The notes below the pieces were generated by a model that was not told the DNA's origin, ran no database searches, and was given only the letters and a program-made list of their open reading frames with translations. A program made the translations under genes and the position numbers. This document shows positions 33,085 to 44,300 of a DNA stretch of 48,465 bases, piece after piece (position 1 is the first letter of the stretch; each line of letters opens with the position of its first letter). This DNA is from Cyprideis torosa (Eukaryota). The DNA lies in the NCBI GenBank assembly GCA_905338395.1, contig CAJPEW010001021.1, forward strand, positions 1 through 48,465. Direction: 5' to 3'.

Positions 33085-33250
33085 CGCTTTGCGCAGTTAT
33101 ATTTGCGCAGGTCACAAAAGCGCAGGTGCAACATTTGCGCAGGTGCGACATTTGAGCAGGTCCGCAAGTCACGAAAGCGCAGGTGTGACATTTGAGCACG
33201 TCAAAAGGTCAAAACGTCAAATGGTCAAAGCGTCAAAATTAAAAATCACA
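33085..33250 (+). repeat. array of ~21-bp direct repeats (gcgcaggtgygacatttgmgcaggt) at one end of a putative element
   Basis: About 6 units; reverse-complement copies lie at 33685-33745. Confidence 0.75.
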
Positions 33251-33684
33251 CATTTAATTCAATGTTGTAGGTAACACCAATGATGAATTCCTTCCTACTG
33301 TTTTGTCTGTTTTCGTAACTCGTTATCAGGTTCCTTAGACGGATGTTTACATCGCGATGCTTTTTGTAGGAAGTTCATGTCCCGCGCGCTAACTGCATAG
33401 CGACTGGTAGTTCGAATTCGCTTCTTTTTGAATAGCGTTCAGAAACTTCCACATCAACGGATTGGGGTTATCCACATGGGTCTGTAATGCCCGGTGCCAC
33501 CCTTCGATTTTATTATTGTCCTGGGCAATCATACACTCCATATTGTTAGGTGGTACATTGGAGGCCTTCGTCCTCTACCTCTCGGCCGTCCGACATATAA
33601 TATGTGTCTTCGATGTAATGAAACAGAAGAGAAAACTACCAGCGCAATTGTTGCCCTTGCGATTTTGACACGTGCTCCGAAGTG

Positions 33685-33745
33685 ACAAGCGCTGAGGTAA
33701 CACCTGCGCTCATGTACCTGCGATACCTGCGCAAATGATGGACAA
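33685..33745 (-). repeat. inverted copies of the 33085-33250 subterminal repeat (acctgcgc...)
   Basis: ggtaacacctgcgctcatgtacctgcgatacctgcgcaaatg is the reverse complement of the gcgcaggt motifs. Confidence 0.7.
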
Positions 33746-36700
33746 CCGTTATTTTGACCGGACGCACGCATACTTGGAAAGTGAAATCTTCTGATCAGCA
33801 TTTCGGTAACGTTTTTGCTTAGATCATTATTTATAGTGTTGAGAATGGGATTACCATCTTCTGCATCACCACGCTTATACTTCCTGTTCAGCTCTATTGG
33901 ATGACAATTTCAATAACCTTAGTGTATAATTCCTGTATGGAGGAGATGGATAAAATTCATCCATCTCTCTAAGTGTCAACCGTGATGTGTCTCCGTTGTC
34001 GAAATATGCTTGGTTCTTCAGTCGATTCTCCTCCTATTATAGTCTGAATGCTTTCAGGAGATGCCTGTATTATGTTCGTGGTAGAAATGTTATTTTCGTG
34101 GTAGAATCAAAATCATTCCCCTAGACCACCTCAAATTAAAAACTTTGTTCATTAACAAAATCACGCATAATTTTGATTTTCAATTTGATTTTCAAAGAAA
34201 GTTAGTTATATAACTGAGGTAACGGCAACTGAGGCTATACTGAAAATCGCTAATTAGAATACTCGTATCGACTCTTTCAGAGCCGTTAGCCGCGCCTTTC
34301 TCTCTAGTGTCTCGTAATATTATATTTTTCCTATATGGTTTTAGTTTGGTTCAAAAGTTGAATTGGCTTCCTGGGACAGATCCCCTTCAAATTAAATGAA
34401 AACTAATAGAACTTTTTTTTATCACGAGTTTCTTCAGCTTTGTTGTTTTTTCGTGACGAAAGAATGGAATGACGCCTCGTACAAACTAAGGAAAACTCAG
34501 TTATATTTTCTAGACTATACGACAAGGACACACTTCTGGTATCGAAATTTCTGTCATTTTGTTTTATCTGAAATTACTTGAAGCGGCAAGTTATTCAAAA
34601 GCCTTTATCAGAAAACAGCGTCAGAAGATCAGTTTCAATCATCCCAAAATAGATGGAATTTCTCGTCAGAATCATGCCACAACGGGTAAGATAATTATGT
34701 AAGACTACTTTCTCATTATAAAAATTTAATACGTGAAATTTTGTAAAAATTGTCTTCTTTTTTTTTTTTCGTTATTCACGAACCAGGGAAGCACGCACTC
34801 CCTCCCTCTTCCCATCGCCCTGTGGTGGTTGCCCTCCCGCCTCCACCTCTGGGCGGTCCTTGGGTGGTCAGCTGAGTGGACGCTGGCAGGGTCCAGCTGG
34901 GGCTATCAAAAGAGACAATTTGGCAATTTCTCGAAAAGGAGAACAGAAGTGTCTGAGACCTCAACCAGTGAACACCAGTGCTATCTCCTCAGTTGAAATC
35001 ATCCAAGACCTTCTTGGAGTTCTTCGATACCTCTCTGAGATCTGCTTTTTGCTCCACTACTGTATTAAATCTCCGAATTCAGTAGCGATGGACCAATGAG
35101 CACTTTGAAGAAGAGGTTCTTCCTGCAGTGATGGACTTAGAAATTTGCCCTCGCGGTGGAAGCCACTGTGTTATATACGTTCTGGACCGACTTGGCAATC
35201 GTATCGTATCGCAGTACTTTTTCAAAACGTCTTTGGTATCCTAAAGTCGTCGTGGAAAGTACTGTGATACAGAAGGTGAAAGACCTTCAAAACCAGATTC
35301 CAGCAAATCATTCTGGATCCCAAAGGATTCTAGTCTCTGTGTTTCTCCCTTTCCTGCCCCAGCAACTTCAGAGCTGAGCGAGTTCATCAGGCGTTTGTTG
35401 GCCAAGTCGTGTTGTCTCATTCATGACTAGGATAACAAATGTCCAATGCTTCGCCTTAGCCTTTCTGCTTCTGACCCAACATCACTCCAAGACTTCTGTG
35501 GATCTCAAGCAAAACGTATGTAGCTGATCTCAAGCAATCCATTATCTTGAGAAGTAGCATTTGGCCCGGTGGACCGGTGTTGCAATGCCGTAAGCAAACA
35601 GCAGAGGGCTCAGCACACCAGCCCGCCGAGTTCAACTGTTGCATTTTTGTCGACATCGCTCCAAGCGGATTGTGAAGCTTCCAAGAAGAACTGAGCCACC
35701 AAACAAAGGAAAACTTTCACAGAAATTTTAGCTCAGTTGGATGTCCCTGGGTCACGTGATTTTTCTGGATCTACAGGCCCATCCTTCAGTTCTGAGTGAA
35801 TCCTAACAACTGCGAAGAAAATCTCAGATTTGGAATTGACCAATACCAAAGTGTTCTATGGGTTGAAGCTGTAATTCATGTTGATTATCGTCATGACTTA
35901 TCTGTGACGAAGAAAATGGCCGCCCATGGAAAGATTTGTCCGCCTATGGAGAAAGCTTCTCTGGCGGTCTACGTTGCGCACACTCCGGCCTTTTAAAAAG
36001 CACGTTTTCTCTTATTAGCTAGTTCCTCTCGTAACTCACAGATGGCTCTAGCGTAGCACAGTAGATTTATCGTTCACCTTCTTGTTGTCAGGAACCTAGG
36101 AACAACTGTTTTTCTTTAATCCATGATTTATGAATATATACTGTATATGCTTAATTCAAGCTGATATCTCCCACTTGGATTGTACTTTTTGTTGTCACCC
36201 GTCATCGTGTTTTGTATCCCCATTTTTTATACTTCAGCCTCAAATGTGCTCTGCATAAGCACCCTCTTTTTCATATTAAATCAGACTTACTACAACTGAT
36301 GTCTCACGAATTTGAGTCTATTCCAGTTGACGGGTTTTCGCCCTTTGCACGAGTACTCATTTTTGGGTCCTTCTCATCACGCCTTTTGGCTGAACTTCAC
36401 TACTCCTTTTGGAGACCTCACCTGCTTGGCCTTTTGGCTTCCATCTGCTACTCCTTTCGGAGACCTCTCCTACTTGGCCTTTAGGCTTCATCTGCACCAC
36501 AAGTGGACCCTTCACCACTATCACAGGAACTCAACTCCGATCACACAGTTCCCTTGGCACGCCCCTCTCTCAGCACTGGGCTTGAGAGCTTCCCTGTACA
36601 ACGCGCTCCTTTTAAGAAGACTCCAACTGGGCAAAATCATTCCATAACTATACAGTCCTACCATAATCATACTCCTTTTCCACCACATATCCTTCCATCC

Positions 36701-37689
36701 ATAGTGCATTGTTCGGCAGTTCGCCTCAATATCAACGGTGATCAAAGTCATCGGCTTCTTTCTCTTGCGCTCCTGCTGCAATATTCAGCAGTGCGAGGGC
36801 AAAAATACCGTCCGTTGCTCCCTGTGGCCGACAGGACTTCCCTGATATTGAAGGACACCTGGAGGTGAGCAAAGTTTCGTATCCCTTTGCATGATCCTTG
36901 CTTTCCAGATCCTTGCTACCTCAGAGCTGGCCAGGTCCTTTCAGACGACTTTTGGCTCAGTCATGTTGCCCTATCTATCCGTGACAGCCGAGAGCCGTTC
37001 TGATGCTTTGCTCAGCATTTCTTCTGCGAACCAGTCACTTACTTTCCTTGGATTTCAGACTTCTGCACACCTTGAGCAAACTCTCGTGGAGTATAATAGC
37101 CACTGTGCCTGGTGGTCCTGTGTTGCAATGCCGTCCTAAGACACCAGGTCTTGCACACAGACCCACTGCGTTCCGATGCTGCATTTCGTTGACATCAAGA
37201 GTTCGGAGGAACCTTTGACTAGTTCCATTCTATAGTTCATCTCTCTCTGGCAACTCATCTTTGAGACGTCGGATCAAACTGTTCCTTCGGAGCCGAGTAT
37301 AAGCGGATTGTACATGGATGAGGCTTAGCTCCTGTTGGATTCTTCATGACTATGCCTGCATTCATGTAGTGCCTTGCTCGCCAATTCTTCAAATGACGAC
37401 GGCACAATTTCAGATCTTCATGTCACAGCTGAACTTCACTAGAGAAGTAGCTGTAGCTGTGGCGGCTCGTGTTGTTCCTAGTAGCAATTGCCGTGTGCAG
37501 ATTGCGTGGGCATTACACAAAGGTACATCAGGTTCCGTTACTGCGATTCGTCGACTTCAGACTTGACGCGACTTCGTCCTCCAACGTTTCCACTGCAACT
37601 TCAAGTTGACCAAACTGTTGGGCTGCGGCTGTTGTCCAGCGCTGTTGTTCATAAATGATTAACAATTTGTCTTCACTCAACCGTACGAC

Positions 37690-37930
37690 TTTATACCACT
37701 CAGGACACCTTCAGAGCTCAGTGCTAAATTTCCAGAGGGAAATCATGTTGCTGTCACATTCATGATTACCACTGGTGTTCATGATTAGCTCACCAACTCT
37801 TCGGTTTCTCATTGTCCACGGAAGAACTTCAGAGCTAAGCAATCTGTCCTAGATCGCTAGTGAGAAATCATGTTGTCACATTCATGATTTGCCACTGGTA
37901 GTCTGGTATGTCTTGCTCAGCATTTCTTCG
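37690..37930. repeat. ~125-bp direct repeat x 2 (cttcagagctmagyrmwaw...gaaatcatgttg..gtcacattcatgatt.ccactggt)
   Basis: Two diverged copies; related motifs (gtgttgcaatgccgt) at 35570-35600 and 37110-37130. Confidence 0.6.
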
Positions 37931-40900
37931 TTTACCTCTTCAAGTCCTCAATGACCTTTGTTAAGCATCGTTCTTTATGACCACGGAAGTTCTTCAGAGA
38001 TCAGCAAACTGTAGTAGGGGAATGGTGGCTCATCATGTTACCCTTGGACATGCTGTTCTATTCATGATAGACTACCGTTTCCCTGTTGCTTTGTTGAGCA
38101 TTCGCCACCCGTTCCGTTGCTGCATTACGTCGCCATCAAACTGGACTCTTTCTATTCGCCGTCTTACATTTTCCTTCGACTTTCTAGACCGCATCGATCT
38201 GTAGCACTCATCGAATGGTCTCCACTTACACCTCGCTTGGTATCTCTCGGTTGGATCAAGGGCATTGTCTTCACTCTCCCGATCCTGTCCTGACTTCGAT
38301 TTGCTACAGTACCGCATAATAGCAATATCGATAAACGTATTTATCACGTTTATTCGATGGATGTTGTTCACTATTCCTCTGCAATCTGTTCCTCAGATTC
38401 GCCCTGTATCGGTGACGCATTTTCGGCTACACTGTGGTCGTCTTTCCACATCCTCTGCTGTGGAATATTCAGTGTTCTATAGAAGGAGAGGCACTGTACA
38501 ATAGAGGGAGAAAAACTATGAAATAGAAGGATAACGCGTATAGAATTTTGGCGGTGGTCTTGATGACGCTTTTCAATCAATTTTGTGATTGTTGAAACTG
38601 GAAAACCTCTCTATAGATGATGGTCGAATTCCGAGGTGGGATCGTTCGACCTATTTTCTTCCTAATACAACGTAGATTTTCAGAAAGCCTATTTCAGTAG
38701 GATAAGAATGATCTGCACTTCGCTATATCACGGAAGGAACCTTGCTAATCGGTACCTTCGTGTCAGGCAATCATGTTGATGTAACGGCGCAGGGGATGTC
38801 TACCTAACAGGTTGTTGCTTGAATACATTTTTCTTCTAAAACAATCGCTGCTGAAATAAACTGTAAATTCGATTGAAATAAGTAGCTTAGGTACCTGGAT
38901 TGGTTCAAGATTCACATTCATTTAGAAGTAACCATCACTTGTATTGTATCTCTAGCGATTGCTGTAACGCCATCTTGGAACTTGTGTTATATGCAACTGC
39001 AGAATCCCGAGAGAGGGATCTGAAATCCCCGGCGGCTGCCTAAATCGAAGGTTATATAGTTGAAAAACTGGACTGAAACAATCACACATACACAAAAGGG
39101 CAGATCACAAAGAAGAAACTAGCGCTGAGTAGGATGCTGCAATCTAAAATAGCTCTCACCCAGCGATCCGAGGGATATGTGTAGTTATATTCCTGATTAC
39201 TGTATATATACTTTTTGAATTTTGAATCCTTGTTTTGATAAACACGAGACAACGAGCTAAAATTTTGGACTAAAAATATGCTCTAGTTTTCTCTGAGCCC
39301 AGCAACTCATGCGCTGAATTCAAAGAAAGTATAGAGTGGAAGGCGGGTCAAACAAATAAAAATCACAATTAAGTTGCGACGGTTTCTGTGGAAGAGTTTA
39401 ATGCCTACATTGTAAACACATAATTTGGAAGATTACGCTAATTTCTACCGTAGCTGCTGCGCAGGGGTAACTTCTTCTTCTCTCCAAAATGGAACAAAAA
39501 AGTAGAACGATTTGAATACCAAAGAAAAGCAAAATGTTATTTATTGCAAATGAAAGATTGTGCTTCGAAGATTCAATCGTGGATCTCGTTACTCAAGTCG
39601 ATTAATGTAATGTTGGGCAACTTCGCTGAGTTGAGGAACTTCGAACTAACTTCATCACCTTCCTTTTGTTCAAAATGATGAAATAGAGAACTTCACATGC
39701 TGCTGTGTCAGGTATAATCGAGAAGTTGATATCTAAAGTTAATCACTTTTGAACTGTCATCTTTGTTTTGTTTTGTCGAGATGTCAAAGGTTTTCAAAAT
39801 TGTGTTGTGGAGTCGAAGTTGGTAATTCAAAATCGCGTAGTTCAAGTTGAAAATCGCGAAGCCTATAGTAGTCAATGCTTCGCAATCGACTTATAAGTGT
39901 AATGCTTCGCATTTCTGACAGAAGCAGTTTTATACTGTATTTGCAGTAAACTAGAAGAAAAAGTAATTACTTGTGCTTGTTACACTGTCTGCATCTGGAA
40001 ACAAATACCTTCAAGACTGAGGCGGTTCCAAAATAGTGGAGTAAAAAAAAATATATGACTTTCATGATCTTGATCAAGGTCATGAAGAGCGCATTTTTCC
40101 TTTTTGGTTAACTGCCCAATCTCAATGAAGTTTCTTCGCGTCAGCCTCTGAACCATTTTGCCCAAAACTTTTTTTTCATATTTCACCATCATTGGGCAAG
40201 TGTGGTACCCTACCCGATCAACAGAAACGTCGATTACTACCGCCTGGATTTTAAAAAAGAAACGACAGGGCGCTGTCGCCAAACCATAGTCAACCGATGT
40301 TAGATTTTTGCTACCATCGCTGAAAGCGTTTATCCTTTATGAAGACGTGCACTGAAAAATATAAATTTCCCATAGAAAAAAAGGTTTCATGTTTTTTTGT
40401 TTTTTTTTTAAATCCAGGTGGTATAGCGTCTCGGTTGCTCGGGGTAGGAGCCTTCCGCGGACAGTTTGAGAGCAGAGTACTCGCTCACACACTGCCAAGT
40501 CGTGTGCCTTGGGTATCGCTTGTGGCAATCTCAATGCTACAGTCGAATTGTTGAACCTCGTTATGGGAAGTTTTCGTGCTGCTTTCTCCGTCGCTTTTCG
40601 AAGGTAACATGTACTGACAGGCACGATACTGAACGTTACGACGTATAGGAGTAGCAGAGCTGCAAATGTAACGCAAAATAATGCGTTGAGTTGAGAGGAG
40701 GTTACACCCTTCTAGTTATGGAGTGTTGTTGTTTCCTTTCATTTTTCAATGGTTTGTGGTCGGATAAGTGGAACGAACTTTGCGTGAGTATAAAATGATG
40801 TGATGAGTTGAAATTCTTACATGTAGGTTTGGAGAGTAATAATTTCGTTCCGTTCTTGTTTGTTTCATTTCTTCAGCGATTCTCTGCCGGCAGAAACAAA

Positions 40901-41789
40901 CTTCACGAAGACAAAGAGATGTCAGATGAACCTGTAATCGGTGAGAAACTGAGTCGGATTTAGATCATGAAAAATAATCCGTTTTTTTAGAAAAAGAAAC
41001 AGAGCAATCTCGAGGATGGAAAAATTTAGAGACATGATTCTTTTTGCACATTTCATCCCTGGTGTCCTCTTTCTGAACGAGCAAATAAACTGAAAATGAA
41101 TGATATTTTCCACCATCAACTAAAACTGAAAGACAGCAACGCAGTGAATTCAGGTGTTCGCCGAGACATATGGATCTGTAGAAACGAAGAAAAAACGAAT
41201 AAGAAAAGTCGAATAGCAATAAATAGTGGCAGGAGTGAAAATGCAGGGCCAGAAAAATTATTGAATGAATGAGAATTTTGATCCCTATGTCTTTTTTATT
41301 GCCTTCTCCAGTTTTCACTCTTGCACATACTGAAAACCCCGAAGGCATTTTGATCTTTAGAGGCTACTGAACGTTCGTTGAAGGTGGAGTATTCGTTGGA
41401 AACGGAGAATTCCGTGAAAATAAGTAAGCGTTTATCATCTTCTGATCAATCGGTGAATGTCATTGACGAAGGAAAATATTGTTTTCCGAGTCAATTTCAC
41501 GGAGGCGAAACTATTGTTTCCAGGACATTTTACACAAACCTCCGGCAAATGCATAGTACAAAATCGTATCAAATTTTGCGTCGACTACCGGGATTTGCAT
41601 GCAAAATTTTACTCAAATCGGACATAGTGGGTGAGGTATGGCCGAAAGAATTGGCCAAATTGTCTGTGTCTGTCCACTAGATTTTTGTGTCACGCGCATT
41701 AATCTCGAAAACGCCCGCCTAGTTCACCCTAGCGCAAATCTGAGGCCACGTTTTGGAGAATTGAGATATACAACTGTGTCATCCGGCTG

Positions 41790-42010
41790 GGACAAACCGT
41801 TAGAGGGTTAATGAATGATTTACTAGGGAAAATGTCTGTAAAAAGTGAATATCTCAAGAACGGATGAAGATAGCGCCAAGACGACTCAGTAGAGGTATTT
41901 TCGGTGAGAGCCTCGTCAAGGTTCATGTAGAAACGCACCTGATCGGGCGAAATGTGAATTGGCAAAATGTAATGAGAGCGAACGTCCTGATAACCGCTCA
42001 AGATGGCGCA
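41790..42010. repeat. solo dispersed copy of the 24.7-25.9 kb satellite unit
   Basis: gaatatctcaagaacggatgaagatagcgccaagacg and ...cgttagagggttaatgaatgatttactagggaaaatg match the satellite consensus. Confidence 0.6.
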
Positions 42011-42500
42011 GACAGTGTCCACGGTTTGTCAGGGACGTCACTATGGGGGGAGTGAGTGGGGGGACGCCCCCAGGGCCCCCAACTTTCAGGGGCTCAGAGG
42101 AGACTAGAAAGTATTTAATGATTATTTTCTTTTTGTCAGCTACGACTGTTAGTGTTTAGAGTTTGGATCAACCTGTGATACACCTTTGATCCTTGCAATT
42201 CCAGTGCAATAATAACTTTCTTCTTTCATATTTGCCAGGGGAAGACGGGGAGGTTTGGCATTGGCTTCTGATTGTTAGACCGGCACGATAGCTTTCGGTT
42301 GTAAAAAGGGTTTCATTTAACTTCATTTTTTATTTTTTTTATTCAAGACGGAAGCCTTCAATTTTGAAAGTTTGCCAGTCGAATAGGATAGGGCCTGCAG
42401 AGACCGCGGGTACTAGGATATGTGTGAAATATTTCATCAATGCTATGATTGAAAAAAAATTAAGCCCTTGAGCAACATTAGTTGCTTCTTTCCCGAGCGG

Positions 42501-43181
42501 CAGGTCAGCTCTAGTGACAGGTCAGCTGTAGGGACAGTCAGTTCTAGGGACAGGTCAGCTTTAGGGATAGGTCAGCTCTAGGGACAGGTCAGCTTTAGGG
42601 ACAGGTCAGCTTTAGGGACAGGTCAGCTCTAGGGACAGGTCAACAGGTCAGCTATAGGGACAGGTCAGGTCAGGTCTAAGGACAGGTTAACAGGTTAGCT
42701 ATATGGACAGGTCAGCTCTAGGGACAGGTCAGTTGTAGGGACAGTCAGTTCTAGGGACAGGTCAGCTCTAGGTATAGGTCAGCTCTAGGTATAGGTCAGC
42801 TCTAGGGACAGGTCAGCTCTAGGGACAGGTCAGCTTTAGGGACAGGTCAGCTTTAAGGACAGGTCAGCTTTAAGGACAGGTCAGCTCTAGGGACAGGTCA
42901 GGTCAGGTCTAAGGACAGGTTAACAGGTTAGCTATATGGACAGGTCAGCTCTAGGGACAGGTCAGCTGTAGGGACAGTCAGTTCTAGGGACAGGTCAGCT
43001 CTAGGTATAGGTCAGCTCTAGGGACAGGTCAGCTTTAGGGACAGGTCAGCTTTAAGGACAGGTCAGCTCTAGGGACAGGTCAGGTCAGGTCTAAGGACAG
43101 GTTAACAGGTCAGCTATAGGGACAGGTCAGCTCTAGGGACAGGTCAGCTGTAGGGACAGTCAGCTCTAGGGACAGGTCAGC
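42501..43181. repeat. 18-bp minisatellite (gggacaggtcagctctag) x ~38 with ~260-bp higher-order structure
   Basis: Variant blocks (caggtcaggtcaggtctaaggacaggttaacaggttagctatatggac; ggtataggtcagctctag) recur in the same order about 3 times. Confidence 0.95.
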
Positions 43182-43860
43182 GGGTTAAAAAGAAATCCAT
43201 TGCTGTGGTCATTGAAACACAATAATAAACCAAAGTGGTGAAAGGCATTTCTTTATTCTTCCCAAAGCCACCGAAGGTCTCACAGAAAGGCTGAAGATTA
43301 ATGACAGGAACAGTCGAGTCATTCCATGCACGATCATTAAAACAGACATTGGAAGTGGTCATGAAACGTTTCGAGCGTCCTTCAAGAGCTGGTTTAGTTT
43401 TTCACCCACAGCCACCCCAAACAATCCCTGGCGGATTATTCGCAGAAGAAATTGCAAAAGCAGCTGCAGCAATTGGTACAACAATTCTAACAACTCTCAG
43501 CAGTTATTTTACCTTCCCATGAATGTGTGCCCCAAAAGTAGCAGAATAAACACAGGCAAACTAGAATTTCACTACACAAGAACGATCTACAGTGGGACTC
43601 AAGGAAAAGTTTTCATCAGAGTCAATGATTGCGGAATGAGAAAGAGATACAAAACACTCGTATATAAATATAAAATACTCCTTCAAATCAAAAGCGTATG
43701 TTTTAAGTAATGAAAAAGTATTTAGAAGTGGAAAGCGAACAGTCCAAGAAGAAAACCAAATTTAAAGTCAAATCATACGTCAAAAGTAAGGATCAACGAG
43801 AGACCGCTGAGCAATGAAAGTCAAAAACTCATAAATCCCATGCGAAAGATTGCCAAGAAG

Positions 43861-43982
43861 CTGCTAAGAATCCTGAGTATTCCTCCGCTAAGAATCCTGA
43901 GTATTCCTCCGGTAAGAATTCTGAGTCTTCCTGCGCTGAGAATTCTGAGTCTTCCTCCGCTGAGAATCCTGAGTCTGCGCCG
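43861..43982. repeat. 27-bp tandem repeat x ~4.5 (gctaagaatcctgagtattcctccg)
   Basis: Direct observation; period is a multiple of 3 (9-aa LRILSIPP on + / EEDSEFSA on -). Confidence 0.9.
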
Positions 43983-44204
43983 GTGCTTCCTCCGCCTCAG
44001 GATCGAACGATGTCCCAGTGCTCAAGAGTGGATCTCTCCTCTGGGTGTCACATTCTCGTCCTTCTTCGCCTTGTCCCGACGGTTTTCCCTGTCGAACTTC
44101 CAGGCCACGAAAAGCGCCAGCCAATCCAAGATCATGACCACGCCAGAGAAGATCGCCATCACCTCGCAGATGATCATGGCGCCAAGGGATGGACGAGGCG
44201 TGGA

Positions 44205-44300
44205 AGCGTGCCACACGGTCTATGGAAACGAAGCACGGACACACGGTCTATGGAAACGAAGCACGGACAGACGGTCTATGGAAACGAAGCACGGGAGACG
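44205..44300. repeat. 30-bp tandem repeat x 3 (cacggtctatggaaacgaagcacggacaga)
   Basis: Direct observation. Confidence 0.9.

Noticed and set aside
39980-40282. 100-codon minus ORF (…DRVGYHTCPMMVKYEKKVLGKMVQRLTRRNFIEIGQLTKKEKCALHDLDQDHE…) considered as a transposase fragment
   Set aside because: I could not match it to any transposase or other family signature. It is flanked by AT-rich low-complexity sequence. Left unannotated.
42501-43181. Regular direct repeats as a CRISPR array
   Set aside because: The repeats are contiguous with no unique spacers, and this is a eukaryotic context. It is a minisatellite.
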